A stretch of 64,000 nucleotides of DNA from assembly GCA_024613925.1 (NCBI GenBank), contig GCA_024613925.1_4713.1; one strand, written 5' to 3'. A model generated the notes under the pieces. That model was not told where the DNA came from, searched no databases, and saw only the letters and a list, made by a program, of their open reading frames with translations. The stretch comes from a phage. How positions within the stretch are numbered: the stretch's first letter is position 1; every line of letters starts with the position of its first letter. Shown piece by piece: positions 17,783 to 29,061 of the stretch. Both the position numbers and the translations under genes were made by a program.

Positions 17783-20014
17783 TTAGAAAAAACCGCCCGG
17801 ACGGTATTGACCCATCGTCATCCACGCATTACGAGAAATATTCCGTTCATTCGAAGAGCGGCTTATTTGACGATAAGTATTCGCTCGTTCCTCCCTTGCT
17901 TTCGTGATCATCGCATCAATAGAAACAGCCGCTGAATCCTCCCCACGTATTTTTCCTTTATACGTAAGAAGCTCTGCCTCCAATCGATCCAAGATAAGGC
18001 CGTTGGTTTCGGTCTTAAGCAACTCATAGATTTCAGCAACGCGTTGACGTAGCTTCGCTTGCTGTTGGTTAAGATACGCTTCATACGGATCGATTTCACC
18101 CGTCACAGATGCTGGTAAACGACTCATGACTTTAAGCGGATCGATACCGTAATGAATCTGTTTCTTAGCACGCTTGATGAACCACATCGCTAACATCCAT
18201 GCGAACGTCATGTCGTCGTGCATTCCATCCTGGTGGTCAACACGCCCATCTTTAATAACCAACCCAAGAATCTCTGAACACAACATCTTGTCGCGTAACT
18301 GCCCGCGGGTTTCTACAATACCTTCCATCAAGATGTCGGAATACAACTCCATACGTTTGCGTGCATCCGTTGTGAAGCCCAAATGCCGTTTACGTTGAGC
18401 GTACCAACTTTCATCACGCATGCTCAATGGCAGTTTCAGGTCTTCGAACATCGCTGGGTTATCAGCATGTCTGTCCACAATCGTGTTGTATACACGTTTG
18501 AACACGTCGATGCCCGCTTGTCTCAGGAACTCTTCGATCGCGTCTAACAACATGATCGCACTGCTTTTACGTTCAGGAATCAACGTAACGTTCTTAAAAC
18601 GCATCATGAAGTTGGCCATCCAACGAGCAAAAGAAAGCAGGCTCAGTTTATTAAAACGTCCTGTCGCGACAACTTCTGCTGTTTCCACATCCACCATCAC
18701 CAAACCGATAGCGTCACGACCTATTGCGTCGCTGGTGTCTAGACCAGCAACCACCTTATTGTTCTGCATGTATGTCTCGATTTTACCTCGGGGTATATAC
18801 CAGTTAATGCAGTAGCCTTCAGGTGAGATCTCGATATGGTCGATTTCACGTTGTCCTGCCATGATCATCTCAACCATCTCAGCGGTTAACGGGCTTTCTG
18901 CTGAACCGTTGGTCCAGATGTTCATGTAGTCACGGTCTTTCTGAAGTTTATCACCTTCCGTTTCGTTCATGGTTTTTGCTAACCATTCATCACTGAAGCC
19001 CAGCTGAGCATGGTTCCATTGTGCCCCGATCCTGACGGTCGCTTTGCTGAGCTCGCACGGTACGTTGTTCAATACCGTCTGATGCAGATGCTTTTCGTTA
19101 CGGCAGTCAAAGAAACTTTCAGAGAACGGCGCTGAACGCATGAAAACTTCATAAGCCCATTTGCCTTCGCGTTTATCCAATTCACCTGCTGTTGTCGTAT
19201 AGATGATACTTGTCAGGTCGCCGTTGCTTAATGCTTCATCGCGTGCCGCACCCATTGCACCGATACCAGCAGGAACAATGATTTCGATGTATTTCGTAAA
19301 CGCGGTTTCGTCGCTATGGAATAGCGGGGTTGTTAGACCACGACCGATGTTTGTTGCTTGTTTCTTATCCGAACGTGGAATCTTTACCGATAACTTGTTC
19401 TTAAACCGCGTGTAGGTCACGTTCTCTTTGTTCGATGAATCCCGGCTATCCAGCGTCCAGAGATACGCAGGCAACAGATCGCGTATACTACGCACGTCTT
19501 CTACCGTTTTCGTACGGGCGTCACCGTCTTTTGTTAATTGAATAACCTCGGTGTTTCGACTACGAACATAGGTTAGATAACAGAACAACCCTAACATGGT
19601 CATGGATTTACCCGTCTGACGTATCTGTATCTGATACCAGTTCGTTCGGGTAAATATCCCCCAGAGCATCGGAATGTTACCGCGGTTAGCACGGAATGAA
19701 ATTTTGTTATCACCCGCTTTAGCCGGAACACGCATCACTTCACGGAAGAAGTACCACGGATTAAGATAGCATTCCGCACTGATCATCTGAATCTGTTCTG
19801 ACGTCAAATTCGGTGCGTGGGGATCGACACCAATCAATCTTGGGTTTAATAACGCCATGAAAAACGCAGAGTTCCGGACACCGAATTCACGACGATACAA
19901 GATCGCTAAATCACGCCAACTTGTGTTTGTTGTTTCCCAATGTGGAACAGCCTGAGGAAAATAATCCCAATCTTCCTCAAACAGGATGATTTTCTTCGGA
20001 TCGACAATCGACAT
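17783..20014 (-). CDS. terL: terminase large subunit (743 aa)
   Basis: Walker A-like IRQTGKSM in N-terminal ATPase region; C-terminal nuclease-like DGRVDHQDGMHDDMTFAWMLAMW; GGAGGAG RBS. Confidence 0.75.
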   Translation of the reverse strand: MSIVDPKKIILFEEDWDYFPQAVPHWETTNTSWRDLAILYRREFGVRNSAFFMALLNPRLIGVDPHAPNLTSEQIQMISAECYLNPWYFFREVMRVPAKAGDNKISFRANRGNIPMLWGIFTRTNWYQIQIRQTGKSMTMLGLFCYLTYVRSRNTEVIQLTKDGDARTKTVEDVRSIRDLLPAYLWTLDSRDSSNKENVTYTRFKNKLSVKIPRSDKKQATNIGRGLTTPLFHSDETAFTKYIEIIVPAGIGAMGAARDEALSNGDLTSIIYTTTAGELDKREGKWAYEVFMRSAPFSESFFDCRNEKHLHQTVLNNVPCELSKATVRIGAQWNHAQLGFSDEWLAKTMNETEGDKLQKDRDYMNIWTNGSAESPLTAEMVEMIMAGQREIDHIEISPEGYCINWYIPRGKIETYMQNNKVVAGLDTSDAIGRDAIGLVMVDVETAEVVATGRFNKLSLLSFARWMANFMMRFKNVTLIPERKSSAIMLLDAIEEFLRQAGIDVFKRVYNTIVDRHADNPAMFEDLKLPLSMRDESWYAQRKRHLGFTTDARKRMELYSDILMEGIVETRGQLRDKMLCSEILGLVIKDGRVDHQDGMHDDMTFAWMLAMWFIKRAKKQIHYGIDPLKVMSRLPASVTGEIDPYEAYLNQQQAKLRQRVAEIYELLKTETNGLILDRLEAELLTYKGKIRGEDSAAVSIDAMITKAREERANTYRQISRSSNERNISRNAWMTMGQYRPGGFF

Positions 20015-20026
20015 ATAAACTCCTCC

Positions 20027-20053
20027 GATGGAGGGTGCTCGGCACCCTCCATC
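20027..20053 (-). terminator. hairpin GATGGAGGGTGC-TCG-GCACCCTCCATC
   Basis: 12-bp perfect stem between stop of 20065-21804 and terL start; abuts terL RBS. Confidence 0.45.
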
Positions 20054-20064
20054 GTTGTATTACC

Positions 20065-21804
20065 TTATGCGACTTTACTAATAACGACTGCTGTGATACC
20101 GAGATGTAGGTCGACGCCATTCTGTACTTTAACCCAGCGGATATACAGGTTAGCGTTATCCTGTCCCGTACCACCTGGGACGTTATTGTTCCTATTCCAC
20201 TGCGAGATTTCGAAACGTTTCTGCACGTTAGGACCAACCATGATTTCAAAGTGGGTCGGTTCTGGTGCTTTCGATTCCGTTTTCTCAAGATAGAGCGGAT
20301 GTATCGGGTAGTAAAGCTGCTTCAACCATTCACCCAGATCTGAGTGTTTGTTCGTCAAGTCAACATACGCGTTACCAGCAACATCGTAAGTAAACAACGC
20401 TTTCGTGTTACGACCGTACACATCCGTTGTCGTCGGCGTTGTTTGCGAGCTGAACGTTACTGTCCAGTAGTCACCGGATGTTGCCGAACCTGCTTGCAGT
20501 AGCGTCATTCGAATAGTCTGCGTATGACGTACGCGTTTGTAAACAGTAGGATCGACTTCATCTAACCAGATGTTGTACGCAAATTCCTGAGGTTGTCCGT
20601 ATTTCTTCGGATTAAACTCAGGGCTGTTCAGCGCTAATTGTACTTTATCGGTTACGTTGTAGTATCGTTCACGGTCAACGTTATACAACCAGAACACCAG
20701 CTCGTATCCCACTGCATCAGATACCCATTGTGGATAGCAGAACAGTTTAACACTGTAAGCCCCTTTCGCTTCTTTAGAAACGACGGTATAAGGTACGCTG
20801 ATGTGTTTCACTGCGCCAGGTAACGCGTAGGATGTGTCCTCATCATCATCCAGGTAGTAGTGTAACGCCAGCGGATGTTTGCTGTTGATGACCTGGGACG
20901 TGAAGACGTTAAGGCCGTCCAACACAACCTTGTTGCCAGTAACCGGCCAATGTTTAATGGAGCCGTCGCTGTAGGTGACTTCAGCCTGAAGGTCAACGGA
21001 ATCCAGGTTGACGTTAATCGGCAACTCAAGCAGTTTGGTATCGCTGCTGCTCAGCCACGTTGATTTCAGTCGTACCCCGTCTTCCAGAATATATTTAATA
21101 CCCTGATCTGGTGTGCGTACATAGTCGGTGATACGAACAATCATACGTTTCATGGATAGCGGCTGTGGACCATCGCCATAACCTACTACCATCACCTGCT
21201 CAAAATCTTCGACGGGCTTAATGCAGTAACCTTCACGGGGTGCCCAGATGGCTTTATTTGTTCCGTCTTTGTAAGCGATAAGCTGACACGGAATGAAATC
21301 GCTGATCTTATTCCCGCTGTTATCATACATCGCACTGATGATTTCGCCTTTAGCGCTGATGTCGGAACCGCGGAACACTGCGATACGTCGAATATCCGAG
21401 CCATGCAGATGGAAACGACGATCGATATTCATCGTAGCTGGGATCGTGTTCGTATTAATCAATACGCGCCACGTATCGTACGACCATGTCGGATCAATAC
21501 CTTCGAAGGTTGTCGTCCCATCGTCCTGACCATCGAACGGAGCAGAAAGCTGACCGATAAGTTTAAGGGTACTTAGTTTAGTGCGATCGTCTACGGCGAT
21601 AACACGGTATACTGCGTTGGTATCCCAGTCTTCAACTTTATCGTCCACGTTGGGGACGTAAAGTTTCCAGTCTTCTTCAACGCCATTATAGATCTCTTTA
21701 TACGCATAGGTGGTATAGCGTCTGTCGAGATCCTGAATAGCGAGTTTATCCGGATGCTGTTGTGCATAAAGCACCGGATTGGTAATCTCTCTTCCCATTA
21801 TCAC
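20065..21804 (-). CDS. putative virion structural protein (579 aa)
   Basis: Long ORF; S/T/N/G/Y-rich beta-type composition; adjacent to 864-aa ORF. Confidence 0.5.
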   Translation of the reverse strand: MIMGREITNPVLYAQQHPDKLAIQDLDRRYTTYAYKEIYNGVEEDWKLYVPNVDDKVEDWDTNAVYRVIAVDDRTKLSTLKLIGQLSAPFDGQDDGTTTFEGIDPTWSYDTWRVLINTNTIPATMNIDRRFHLHGSDIRRIAVFRGSDISAKGEIISAMYDNSGNKISDFIPCQLIAYKDGTNKAIWAPREGYCIKPVEDFEQVMVVGYGDGPQPLSMKRMIVRITDYVRTPDQGIKYILEDGVRLKSTWLSSSDTKLLELPINVNLDSVDLQAEVTYSDGSIKHWPVTGNKVVLDGLNVFTSQVINSKHPLALHYYLDDDEDTSYALPGAVKHISVPYTVVSKEAKGAYSVKLFCYPQWVSDAVGYELVFWLYNVDRERYYNVTDKVQLALNSPEFNPKKYGQPQEFAYNIWLDEVDPTVYKRVRHTQTIRMTLLQAGSATSGDYWTVTFSSQTTPTTTDVYGRNTKALFTYDVAGNAYVDLTNKHSDLGEWLKQLYYPIHPLYLEKTESKAPEPTHFEIMVGPNVQKRFEISQWNRNNNVPGGTGQDNANLYIRWVKVQNGVDLHLGITAVVISKVA

Positions 21805-24395
21805 TCACCTTTGATTGTGTAAAACTTCGTGAAGTCCACGCGATCTTTCAAGAACTCACGACTGACGCGTTCTAAGAACCGCAGTTGTTTAACCGTAACT
21901 TCAAGCGGCGTCCAACTGTCGTGTGGATGAATAGAGACCATCCGCCAATCGTAATTACGTAACGCAGGATCGTAGTCATAGAACCATTTATACGGCTCCA
22001 TGAAATCCATCAGTTTAACGTCCTGCATATCGGGATCGGGATCGATAACACCGTTGATAAGATCGTACGTTACCGCCATCAACGTTGGGCTGATAAGCTG
22101 GTATTTGTTTTCAATCGTTACCGGCGTATCATACTTCACACGAGGGAAATACAAGGACATATAGTCTTCAACGCGTTTATCGGTTTCAAGACTTTTGTCG
22201 CGTAGATAATACGTGTCTGTGTTCACGAGACCACGGATAGGGGCAATAACATGGTAAATCGCATAAGGCACCCCATCGTTGACTTTGATGTCGGCAGGGT
22301 ATTGCGTGTCCTCTGCGGTAACCACTTCGCTACGATCGTAAATACGTCCACCAACCACAATACGAACAACATGGTCATCACGAACATTGAACACGTCGTC
22401 GTAAGAAAGCTGATTATGCATCGTCCAACCGGTATCGTAAACGGTTTCGCCGGTTAAGTCCGTACGTGGAAAACCGGTGCATCTCACGGTAACCGTGTGT
22501 GTGTTCCCTTCACTGAAATACCGTTTCGCGTTGATTACGATCGTTGGCCATTTTACGATATAATCAATATCGCGTACCAAGCTGTAGCTTTTGGTTGCTC
22601 GCTCGTCACCTAACCATACTTCGATTTGACCGGGTTCGAAAGGCAGCGGATATTCAACATCAATACCCGTCGTAACATCCAACCATACGGTATGGTTACG
22701 ATGTTGTATTGTGGTCTTATACGCTAAGAAGTAGGTGTCGAACAATACTAAACCGGTTTGCTTTCTTCCATCCAACGACCATTTTATTACCCCGTTCTCT
22801 TCCGTTACCACAGAAGCATCGTCGGTAACATCCTTCCATGTGTTCGCAACAGGTTGTCCGTTACGAAGGTTTACGCTATAACAGCGGTAACTCGCCCATT
22901 CACGGATTGGGACGTCGGCAACACCCATCACGTAATCAAGCGTTCTTCCACCAACACCCGATCGACCCTCAACATAGGACGTGGTTTCATATTGCGGATA
23001 AAAATGCCGACCTGCCGGATGTTGCGTGATACCCAATAATAGACCATCACTGTCGTACTCGAAGAACGTCGCATTTGCACGCAAACCCCATGGTACTTCA
23101 GCGGTAGGTGTACCCATATCGTCAGTAACGCGTTGTGGACTATCTGCAACCAGTTTTGCCATCGCGTTATACCCGTAAGCGGAGGTCACCATGTCGATCG
23201 TGATATTGCTTTCCTTATTACGCATGATGCGCGTATAATCACTGGCTTCAAGGGTACGTGCAAAGAACTCAGGTATATTAGCGTTCTGTTCTAACATCGC
23301 ACCGACGATGACGTCGTCTGGAAGTTTATACAACTCGTGGATGCGGTTATGTTCAAAGGTTAACTGCGTTTTCAAACCGCTATCACGGACAACCACTTCC
23401 AGGGTTAAATCACGAAGCGATTCTGCCCCATCAACCCGTTCAACGAAGTAGCTGACATAATCAACAGGAATCCCGTAATCACGATGTGTGAGCATGCGGA
23501 TACTATTTTCCTGGTTGGTATGGTAATAACGTCCTTTTCCGTTAGGCCCTTTCACGTAGATATCAACGTCATCACGATACCGGATCTTGGTATCCACTTC
23601 ATCTTTCGGTGGATGAATAAGGTACTTGACTTTTTTGTCCAGATCGCTGTTGTACGTTTTAAGATCTTCTACACGGAAGCTGTACCGATGAACAACCGTA
23701 CCGTCATAGACGACCTGAATGCTATCGCCGATCTTAAAACTTGACGGTGGGATGTCTTCAACCGCCTCGCCGTTGATACTGCAGTGCGTCCAGCCGATAC
23801 CGGTTTCCTGGATCTTTTTACGCCAGGCGTATAGCTGACGCTGCCACTGTAGAACCTGCGTTGAACTGGTTACAATCCCCCCAAGGACATGCACTTCACG
23901 CCCCGTCGGTTTCGTGTATGATGGATAGCCTTCTGCGAAGTCAGCATTGAGATAAGTGCGCCAGTAATAATCACCAACGCCAAGGTCAGCGATATTCGGC
24001 TGGTCTAGCACACAGACCAGCATCGTTTCGTTTTCCAGATTACCCGTCCACGTTAATGTCAACGGGAATTCTTTACCGTCCTCGGTATAGATGTTGTAAT
24101 ACGATCCCTTCACCTCACAGAACTTGCTGAGTTCTCGCCACCACAACCGCCCAGCCCCGACATTAAAATCCTCTCCCATATGTCGTCCAATAACAAACAC
24201 ATGGAACGTATTCGTATCGTCAGGAAGATTGAATGTACGATGCCAAGCCGTAAAGTTTTTTACTGCGCCGGTCTTTCCGGTAATACGACGCATCTTGATA
24301 CGATGCTGGTTGTCCATTAATGGACGGCAGTTCACATTCAGCGCAGCATGATTTATCAAGTATTGCGCTGTAGGATTAGAAGCGTTCAACACCAC
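21801..24395 (-). CDS. putative virion structural protein (864 aa), possibly tail/baseplate
   Basis: Long ORF; ATGA overlap with downstream gene; composition as above. Confidence 0.5.
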   Translation of the reverse strand: MVLNASNPTAQYLINHAALNVNCRPLMDNQHRIKMRRITGKTGAVKNFTAWHRTFNLPDDTNTFHVFVIGRHMGEDFNVGAGRLWWRELSKFCEVKGSYYNIYTEDGKEFPLTLTWTGNLENETMLVCVLDQPNIADLGVGDYYWRTYLNADFAEGYPSYTKPTGREVHVLGGIVTSSTQVLQWQRQLYAWRKKIQETGIGWTHCSINGEAVEDIPPSSFKIGDSIQVVYDGTVVHRYSFRVEDLKTYNSDLDKKVKYLIHPPKDEVDTKIRYRDDVDIYVKGPNGKGRYYHTNQENSIRMLTHRDYGIPVDYVSYFVERVDGAESLRDLTLEVVVRDSGLKTQLTFEHNRIHELYKLPDDVIVGAMLEQNANIPEFFARTLEASDYTRIMRNKESNITIDMVTSAYGYNAMAKLVADSPQRVTDDMGTPTAEVPWGLRANATFFEYDSDGLLLGITQHPAGRHFYPQYETTSYVEGRSGVGGRTLDYVMGVADVPIREWASYRCYSVNLRNGQPVANTWKDVTDDASVVTEENGVIKWSLDGRKQTGLVLFDTYFLAYKTTIQHRNHTVWLDVTTGIDVEYPLPFEPGQIEVWLGDERATKSYSLVRDIDYIVKWPTIVINAKRYFSEGNTHTVTVRCTGFPRTDLTGETVYDTGWTMHNQLSYDDVFNVRDDHVVRIVVGGRIYDRSEVVTAEDTQYPADIKVNDGVPYAIYHVIAPIRGLVNTDTYYLRDKSLETDKRVEDYMSLYFPRVKYDTPVTIENKYQLISPTLMAVTYDLINGVIDPDPDMQDVKLMDFMEPYKWFYDYDPALRNYDWRMVSIHPHDSWTPLEVTVKQLRFLERVSREFLKDRVDFTKFYTIKGE

Positions 24396-25323
24396 GGCAT
24401 GCCTCCAGGAGGTATTTCATGTTGGCTTGGAAATCATTGACGTCACGCGCCATACGACGCTGATCCGCCATGAGACGAGCCAACACGGTATCACGGTAAC
24501 CACGATCGTGGTCGGCAGCAGAGCATAAAAGAATAAATGTTGGTGGATGCTCTAAAGCAATCCCAGCAACTTCTTTACTATAACCCCCAACCCAACTGTA
24601 AGCGGTGATTTCAAACAACAACGCCTGGGTTAACGTGTTCAAACGGGGACTAATATTACTTTCTTTTAATGCTGTTACGAAAGCTGCCATGTTAGGGATA
24701 TAACCCAGGTTTTCGGTTACGATACCGATGCTCGCAAAATCGTAACGAAGCGTTGTCTGGATGGTGCGCACCATAGTTAGTCTTTCATTATTTGTAAGGC
24801 TATCTTTAAACAAGCAAAGATAATACCATGCTGTTATGATGGCAACATCACGACGTTGTTGAAGGTCCAGCCCTAAACGTTGTGTGATTTGTCCGCTAAT
24901 CCAATCACAAAAGACACGCATCGGGATAGGGCCAAGACGTTCAAAAGGACGTGTGCCCAAGGATTCCCATCCTACCTGAAGATACGCACGTGATTGAAGA
25001 AAGTTATATTCACGTTCGTTAACAACGGTAGTACGCGATCCTGGGCGTGAAGTATCTGTTGGGGTGCGTGCGTAAGCGCGTTGGTCGATAACAACGCGCT
25101 GTCCGTCCATCACTGTTTTAATGACCAACGGATGGCCGAAAGAAGGGATATCGTCCAACGTATTTTTGTTGCCGATGACTTCGAGAACGGGAGTGTTTAC
25201 GCCACTTTCTTCACCGGGTGCACTTAACAATCCGCCGACGTAAGCAACTTCGATAGCGGTTCGGATACGGTCAATGCCTTTTAGTTTTGTTCCAACAGTT
25301 GTGTCGTAAGGAGAGATGAACAT
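24376..25323 (-). CDS. hypothetical protein (315 aa)
   Basis: ORF; TATG-class motif 22 nt upstream. Confidence 0.5.
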   Translation of the reverse strand: MFISPYDTTVGTKLKGIDRIRTAIEVAYVGGLLSAPGEESGVNTPVLEVIGNKNTLDDIPSFGHPLVIKTVMDGQRVVIDQRAYARTPTDTSRPGSRTTVVNEREYNFLQSRAYLQVGWESLGTRPFERLGPIPMRVFCDWISGQITQRLGLDLQQRRDVAIITAWYYLCLFKDSLTNNERLTMVRTIQTTLRYDFASIGIVTENLGYIPNMAAFVTALKESNISPRLNTLTQALLFEITAYSWVGGYSKEVAGIALEHPPTFILLCSAADHDRGYRDTVLARLMADQRRMARDVNDFQANMKYLLEACRGVERF

Positions 25324-25337
25324 ATGTAATTCCTTTA

Positions 25338-25351
25338 TTACGGCATATAAG
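25338..25351 (-). promoter_or_regulatory. TATG-class promoter-like motif (sense CTTATATGCCGTAA)
   Basis: Motif family member upstream of gene start 25323. Confidence 0.35.
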
Positions 25352-25466
25352 AAAACGGGTTAAGCACACAGATTTACGCATAATTGTAATATTTTACGTT
25401 ATGCCTATGACATTGTGTCACGTGTGCAATTATGTCATACAATTTCCTTAAATTAAGGAGAGTTCC

Positions 25467-27539
25467 ATGAGGCTTAAGAATAGCACGCCTCGCGCGATTT
25501 TTACGGGCTTTAAAGAGGGTCTTACCACGGATCCGGTTACAGCCCCAGAGATCACGCCCATTCACCTCCCGTATGTTTTCATTCAGGGTGGTCGTGGTAA
25601 AGAGGACACCTTGCTGTTAACAGGGGACGCCCTGTCTACAGTCTACGGTGAAGATATGCTGAACTACCGCAGTAAGTACGCTTCTCCAGCAACACTGATT
25701 GCTCGCCAGGCTGCTTCTACAGGTAGCGCGATCTTCACAAAACGTTTGGTTGCACCGGATGCAACGGCAGCACGCATCCGTATCGGTGTTGAAGTGGTCG
25801 CCGATAAACTGGTCGTTTACCAGCGTAACGCTGACGGGTCTTTCAAAAAGGACACCGGCGGCAACAAAATCCCTGACGGCGATAAAACCGTTGACGGGTT
25901 GAAAATGCGTTGGGTTGTTAACCACGACAAAGATGCCGAAACACCGAATGCTTTCGGTAAAGATGAAGTGGTTCTCGGACAACTGACTGCAACAGGTGGT
26001 GCCCAGAGCAACTACTATCCTATTCTGGATGGATTGGTGAGCTGGCGTGGTGCTGACGGGGACAACATCGGCTTACGTCTGGAAGCACCGACCGCGCTGA
26101 GCAGTAACCCTACCCGTACCGATATTATCGAACGCATCGGTGCTTTCCTGTACCGCATTCAGTTCGTGGAACGCAAGTCTTCACGAACTGCGCCGACGGT
26201 CATTCGTACGATCGGCGGTATGGAACAAGAAACCTTCGCGTTGCAGGAAGGTGTTATCCAGCCTGATGACGAAACCGATCTGTCCTTCGGTAAAGTGGTC
26301 GTTGATGCCTACGAGTATAATGAAACGGGTAACACCCCAATCTTTGCTCCAATGGATCAGATGCATCTTTATCAGAAGAACATCGATGACGTCGTCAAGA
26401 TGCTGTACGAATCTGAAAGCAAAGTTAACAACGATCTGTTAACCGACGTCGAATTCGTCGAAGGTCAGATGAACATCTTCACCGGTGTCGATTACAACGG
26501 CATTCCGTATCAAACCATCGAAGTTCTCGATGCGGATCAGGGCGGTGCTATCTTCGACGGTACCAGCACCTTCTACGCGATCGATGGTAGCGACGGCGAC
26601 GTCAGCTGGGATACCTTCGATGCGTTAGCGAAGCAGCAGTTCGAATCGTTCGGCAACATGGGCGAAGATCTGGAAGACATGGCTTTCTATCCGTTCTCTA
26701 TCGTGTATGACATTGGTTACAAAGTCGACACGAAGAAAGCGATGGCAAACGTCTTGTCTCTGCGTCCGGATGTCATGATCATTGCGTCAACCCATACCTG
26801 GAAGGGTGTGGAACTGAATGTCGATGAAGAAAGCTCCATGGGCGCAATGCTGCGTAACTACTATCGTCTGCATCCAGAAAGCGTGCTTTACAATACCCCA
26901 GCCTGTCGTGCTGCCGTATTCATGCAATACGGGGAGAGCATCGAAGCGCCAAGCCTGGGTAAAGTTCCGTTGACGCTGGAAGTTGCGAATAAACTGGCAA
27001 CTTACATGGGTGCTTCGGATGGTGTTATCCGTGGTACTCGCATCGATAACAACCCTGGTAACGTTGTCACAACGATGCGTAAAATCAACAAGACGTATCG
27101 TAACGCAACGGTCCGTGATCGTGATTGGGAAAACGGCTTGAACTATGTTCAGACCTACAACCGTAATTCCAACTTCTTCCCGGCTTGGGGCACGATCTAC
27201 AATAACGACCGTTCGGTATGGCGTTCGTTGATCAACGTGATCATCGGTTGCGATCTGACTCGTGTCTGCTATCGTCTCTGGGCAGAAACCACCGGTACCA
27301 CAGGAATGGATGAAGCGCTGTTCCTGAAACTGATGGGCGAACGTTTCCTGGAATACACCACGGGCCGTTACAACGACCACGTGACTGTTAAGGGGCGTTT
27401 CTACCTGGATAAAGAAGACGGCTATAACGGCTTCAGCTATCACGGCGATATCAGCCTGATCGGCGATCCAGGCATGACCGTGGGTACGTTTACCATCACC
27501 GGGCTGCGTCGTAACACCGAAGCAGCAGAAGCGGCGTAA
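25467..27539 (+). CDS. putative tail sheath protein (690 aa)
   Basis: AAGGAG RBS; strong codon bias; about 700 aa followed 15 nt later by a 296-aa ORF (sheath-tube arrangement); size close to phiKZ-type sheath. Confidence 0.45.
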   Translation: MRLKNSTPRAIFTGFKEGLTTDPVTAPEITPIHLPYVFIQGGRGKEDTLLLTGDALSTVYGEDMLNYRSKYASPATLIARQAASTGSAIFTKRLVAPDATAARIRIGVEVVADKLVVYQRNADGSFKKDTGGNKIPDGDKTVDGLKMRWVVNHDKDAETPNAFGKDEVVLGQLTATGGAQSNYYPILDGLVSWRGADGDNIGLRLEAPTALSSNPTRTDIIERIGAFLYRIQFVERKSSRTAPTVIRTIGGMEQETFALQEGVIQPDDETDLSFGKVVVDAYEYNETGNTPIFAPMDQMHLYQKNIDDVVKMLYESESKVNNDLLTDVEFVEGQMNIFTGVDYNGIPYQTIEVLDADQGGAIFDGTSTFYAIDGSDGDVSWDTFDALAKQQFESFGNMGEDLEDMAFYPFSIVYDIGYKVDTKKAMANVLSLRPDVMIIASTHTWKGVELNVDEESSMGAMLRNYYRLHPESVLYNTPACRAAVFMQYGESIEAPSLGKVPLTLEVANKLATYMGASDGVIRGTRIDNNPGNVVTTMRKINKTYRNATVRDRDWENGLNYVQTYNRNSNFFPAWGTIYNNDRSVWRSLINVIIGCDLTRVCYRLWAETTGTTGMDEALFLKLMGERFLEYTTGRYNDHVTVKGRFYLDKEDGYNGFSYHGDISLIGDPGMTVGTFTITGLRRNTEAAEAA

Positions 27540-27554
27540 TGAGAGGAGTCCATA

Positions 27555-28445
27555 ATGCGTCCTGATAATACCCTACTCGGTGAACAGGGTGTTGGTGCTC
27601 TTAGCAACGCGGCTATGGTCGATATTCGTGCGGGTGCCCAAAACGGGTACATCAGCAATATCGGTACGTACGTTGCTAACGCCAACTACATTCCGAACCA
27701 AATGTTCTGTCTCCTGCTGGAGGCACCACGTGGTTTCAACTATCTACCTAACCCGGATGTACAGATTGGTTATCTGAAGGCGCTGGTAGAAGAGGTTGCG
27801 CATTCGATTACCGGTCTGCAACGCGGACTGGAAGTTGAATTCGTTAGCGTCCCGGTTTCTGGTTCCGGTGAAATCCAGGAAGAAGTCTCTGACGTTAAAC
27901 GTCCTCGCTCTAACCCGACTTTCGGGATCTATGAGAAAGAAGGTCGTTCCGTTAGTTACTTCCTGGAACAATGGATCACGTATCTGTTGATGGATCCGGA
28001 TGCCAAATATCCGATGTTGTCGTCTATCGTATCCACCGGTGGTCCAACCGACCTGCTGGCGGATTATCGTAGCGCAACAATGCTGTTCGTTGAGCCAGAC
28101 CGTCAACACAAGAAAGTGGTTAACGCCTGGCTGTGCACGAACATGATGCCTCACGGTACCGGTGACTGGACATCACGTCGTAACAAGAACGATGCGCCAA
28201 ACGTGGTAGAATTGAGCATTCAGTTCACTGCGTTAACACAGACCAACTATGGCGTGCGTGCTTTTGCACAACGTCTGCTGGATAAGATGAACCTGCTTAA
28301 AGTGAACCCGGATTTCCGTCCGGCTTATCTGAGTGACATCGATCCGGCTGTGGCAGCGCAGAAGGTTGGCTATACCTTCGACTTTGATAACAACGATACC
28401 TTTGAGGTACCGAATACTTATCAAAACGTAACACCTCGCGTGTAA
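27555..28445 (+). CDS. putative tail tube protein (296 aa)
   Basis: Tightly coupled downstream of the sheath-like gene; GAGGAG RBS; terminator follows. Confidence 0.4.
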   Translation: MRPDNTLLGEQGVGALSNAAMVDIRAGAQNGYISNIGTYVANANYIPNQMFCLLLEAPRGFNYLPNPDVQIGYLKALVEEVAHSITGLQRGLEVEFVSVPVSGSGEIQEEVSDVKRPRSNPTFGIYEKEGRSVSYFLEQWITYLLMDPDAKYPMLSSIVSTGGPTDLLADYRSATMLFVEPDRQHKKVVNAWLCTNMMPHGTGDWTSRRNKNDAPNVVELSIQFTALTQTNYGVRAFAQRLLDKMNLLKVNPDFRPAYLSDIDPAVAAQKVGYTFDFDNNDTFEVPNTYQNVTPRV

Positions 28446-28468
28446 CGTAAAAAAAAAAAGCATATTAA

Positions 28469-28509
28469 CCTCCCTTCCTTCCCTAGCCGTCAAGGCCGGG
28501 GAAGGAAGG
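28469..28509. terminator. GC-rich nested hairpin CCTTCCTTCCC...GGGAAGGAAGG flanked by A-tract (plus) and T-tract (minus)
   Basis: 11-bp stem with inner GCC/GGC; between convergent genes. Confidence 0.55.
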
Positions 28510-28521
28510 TTTATGGTTTAT

Positions 28522-29061
28522 TTACTGTGTGTTCTTAGCTTCACGAATGAAAATGACATCAGGATATTCTTGGGATTCAATGAATTCAGGATTACGATAA
28601 CGACGAATATGACGCATCGTTGTACAAGCAAGTTTGTAAAGATGTTCCTCCTCACGTTGTGTTAATAACATCAGTTGCGCGTCTGGAATCACGAACGGGA
28701 GTCTTTCACGCACATATTCCTGAAGGTCATCGAGATCATCGTGATGAATGCCCTCTGAGAGCTTATATAACGCTTCCAGCAATTCTAATCCACCGAACTG
28801 GTAACTTCCTATTGTTGTCTTAAACAGTGCGCCAGAACGCGTGGTGGATGCTCTATCGGCGACATCGTATTGTTCTAACATATATCCGTAGACCATGCTA
28901 CGTCGATCCAGTGTATCCGTAACGAGATTACGCCACCGTTCCAATCTTTCGAGCGCTTTGTCGATAGAGTAAACGATCATGCCATGTTCATCCAACTCTT
29001 CCGCAATACCCAATAGTTCGTTGTTGTTAGGTTTTGCTGCACCGATAAGAAAAACACTCAT
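28522..29061 (-). CDS. hypothetical protein (179 aa)
   Basis: ORF; TAATG coupling with upstream gene. Confidence 0.5.
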   Translation of the reverse strand: MSVFLIGAAKPNNNELLGIAEELDEHGMIVYSIDKALERLERWRNLVTDTLDRRSMVYGYMLEQYDVADRASTTRSGALFKTTIGSYQFGGLELLEALYKLSEGIHHDDLDDLQEYVRERLPFVIPDAQLMLLTQREEEHLYKLACTTMRHIRRYRNPEFIESQEYPDVIFIREAKNTQ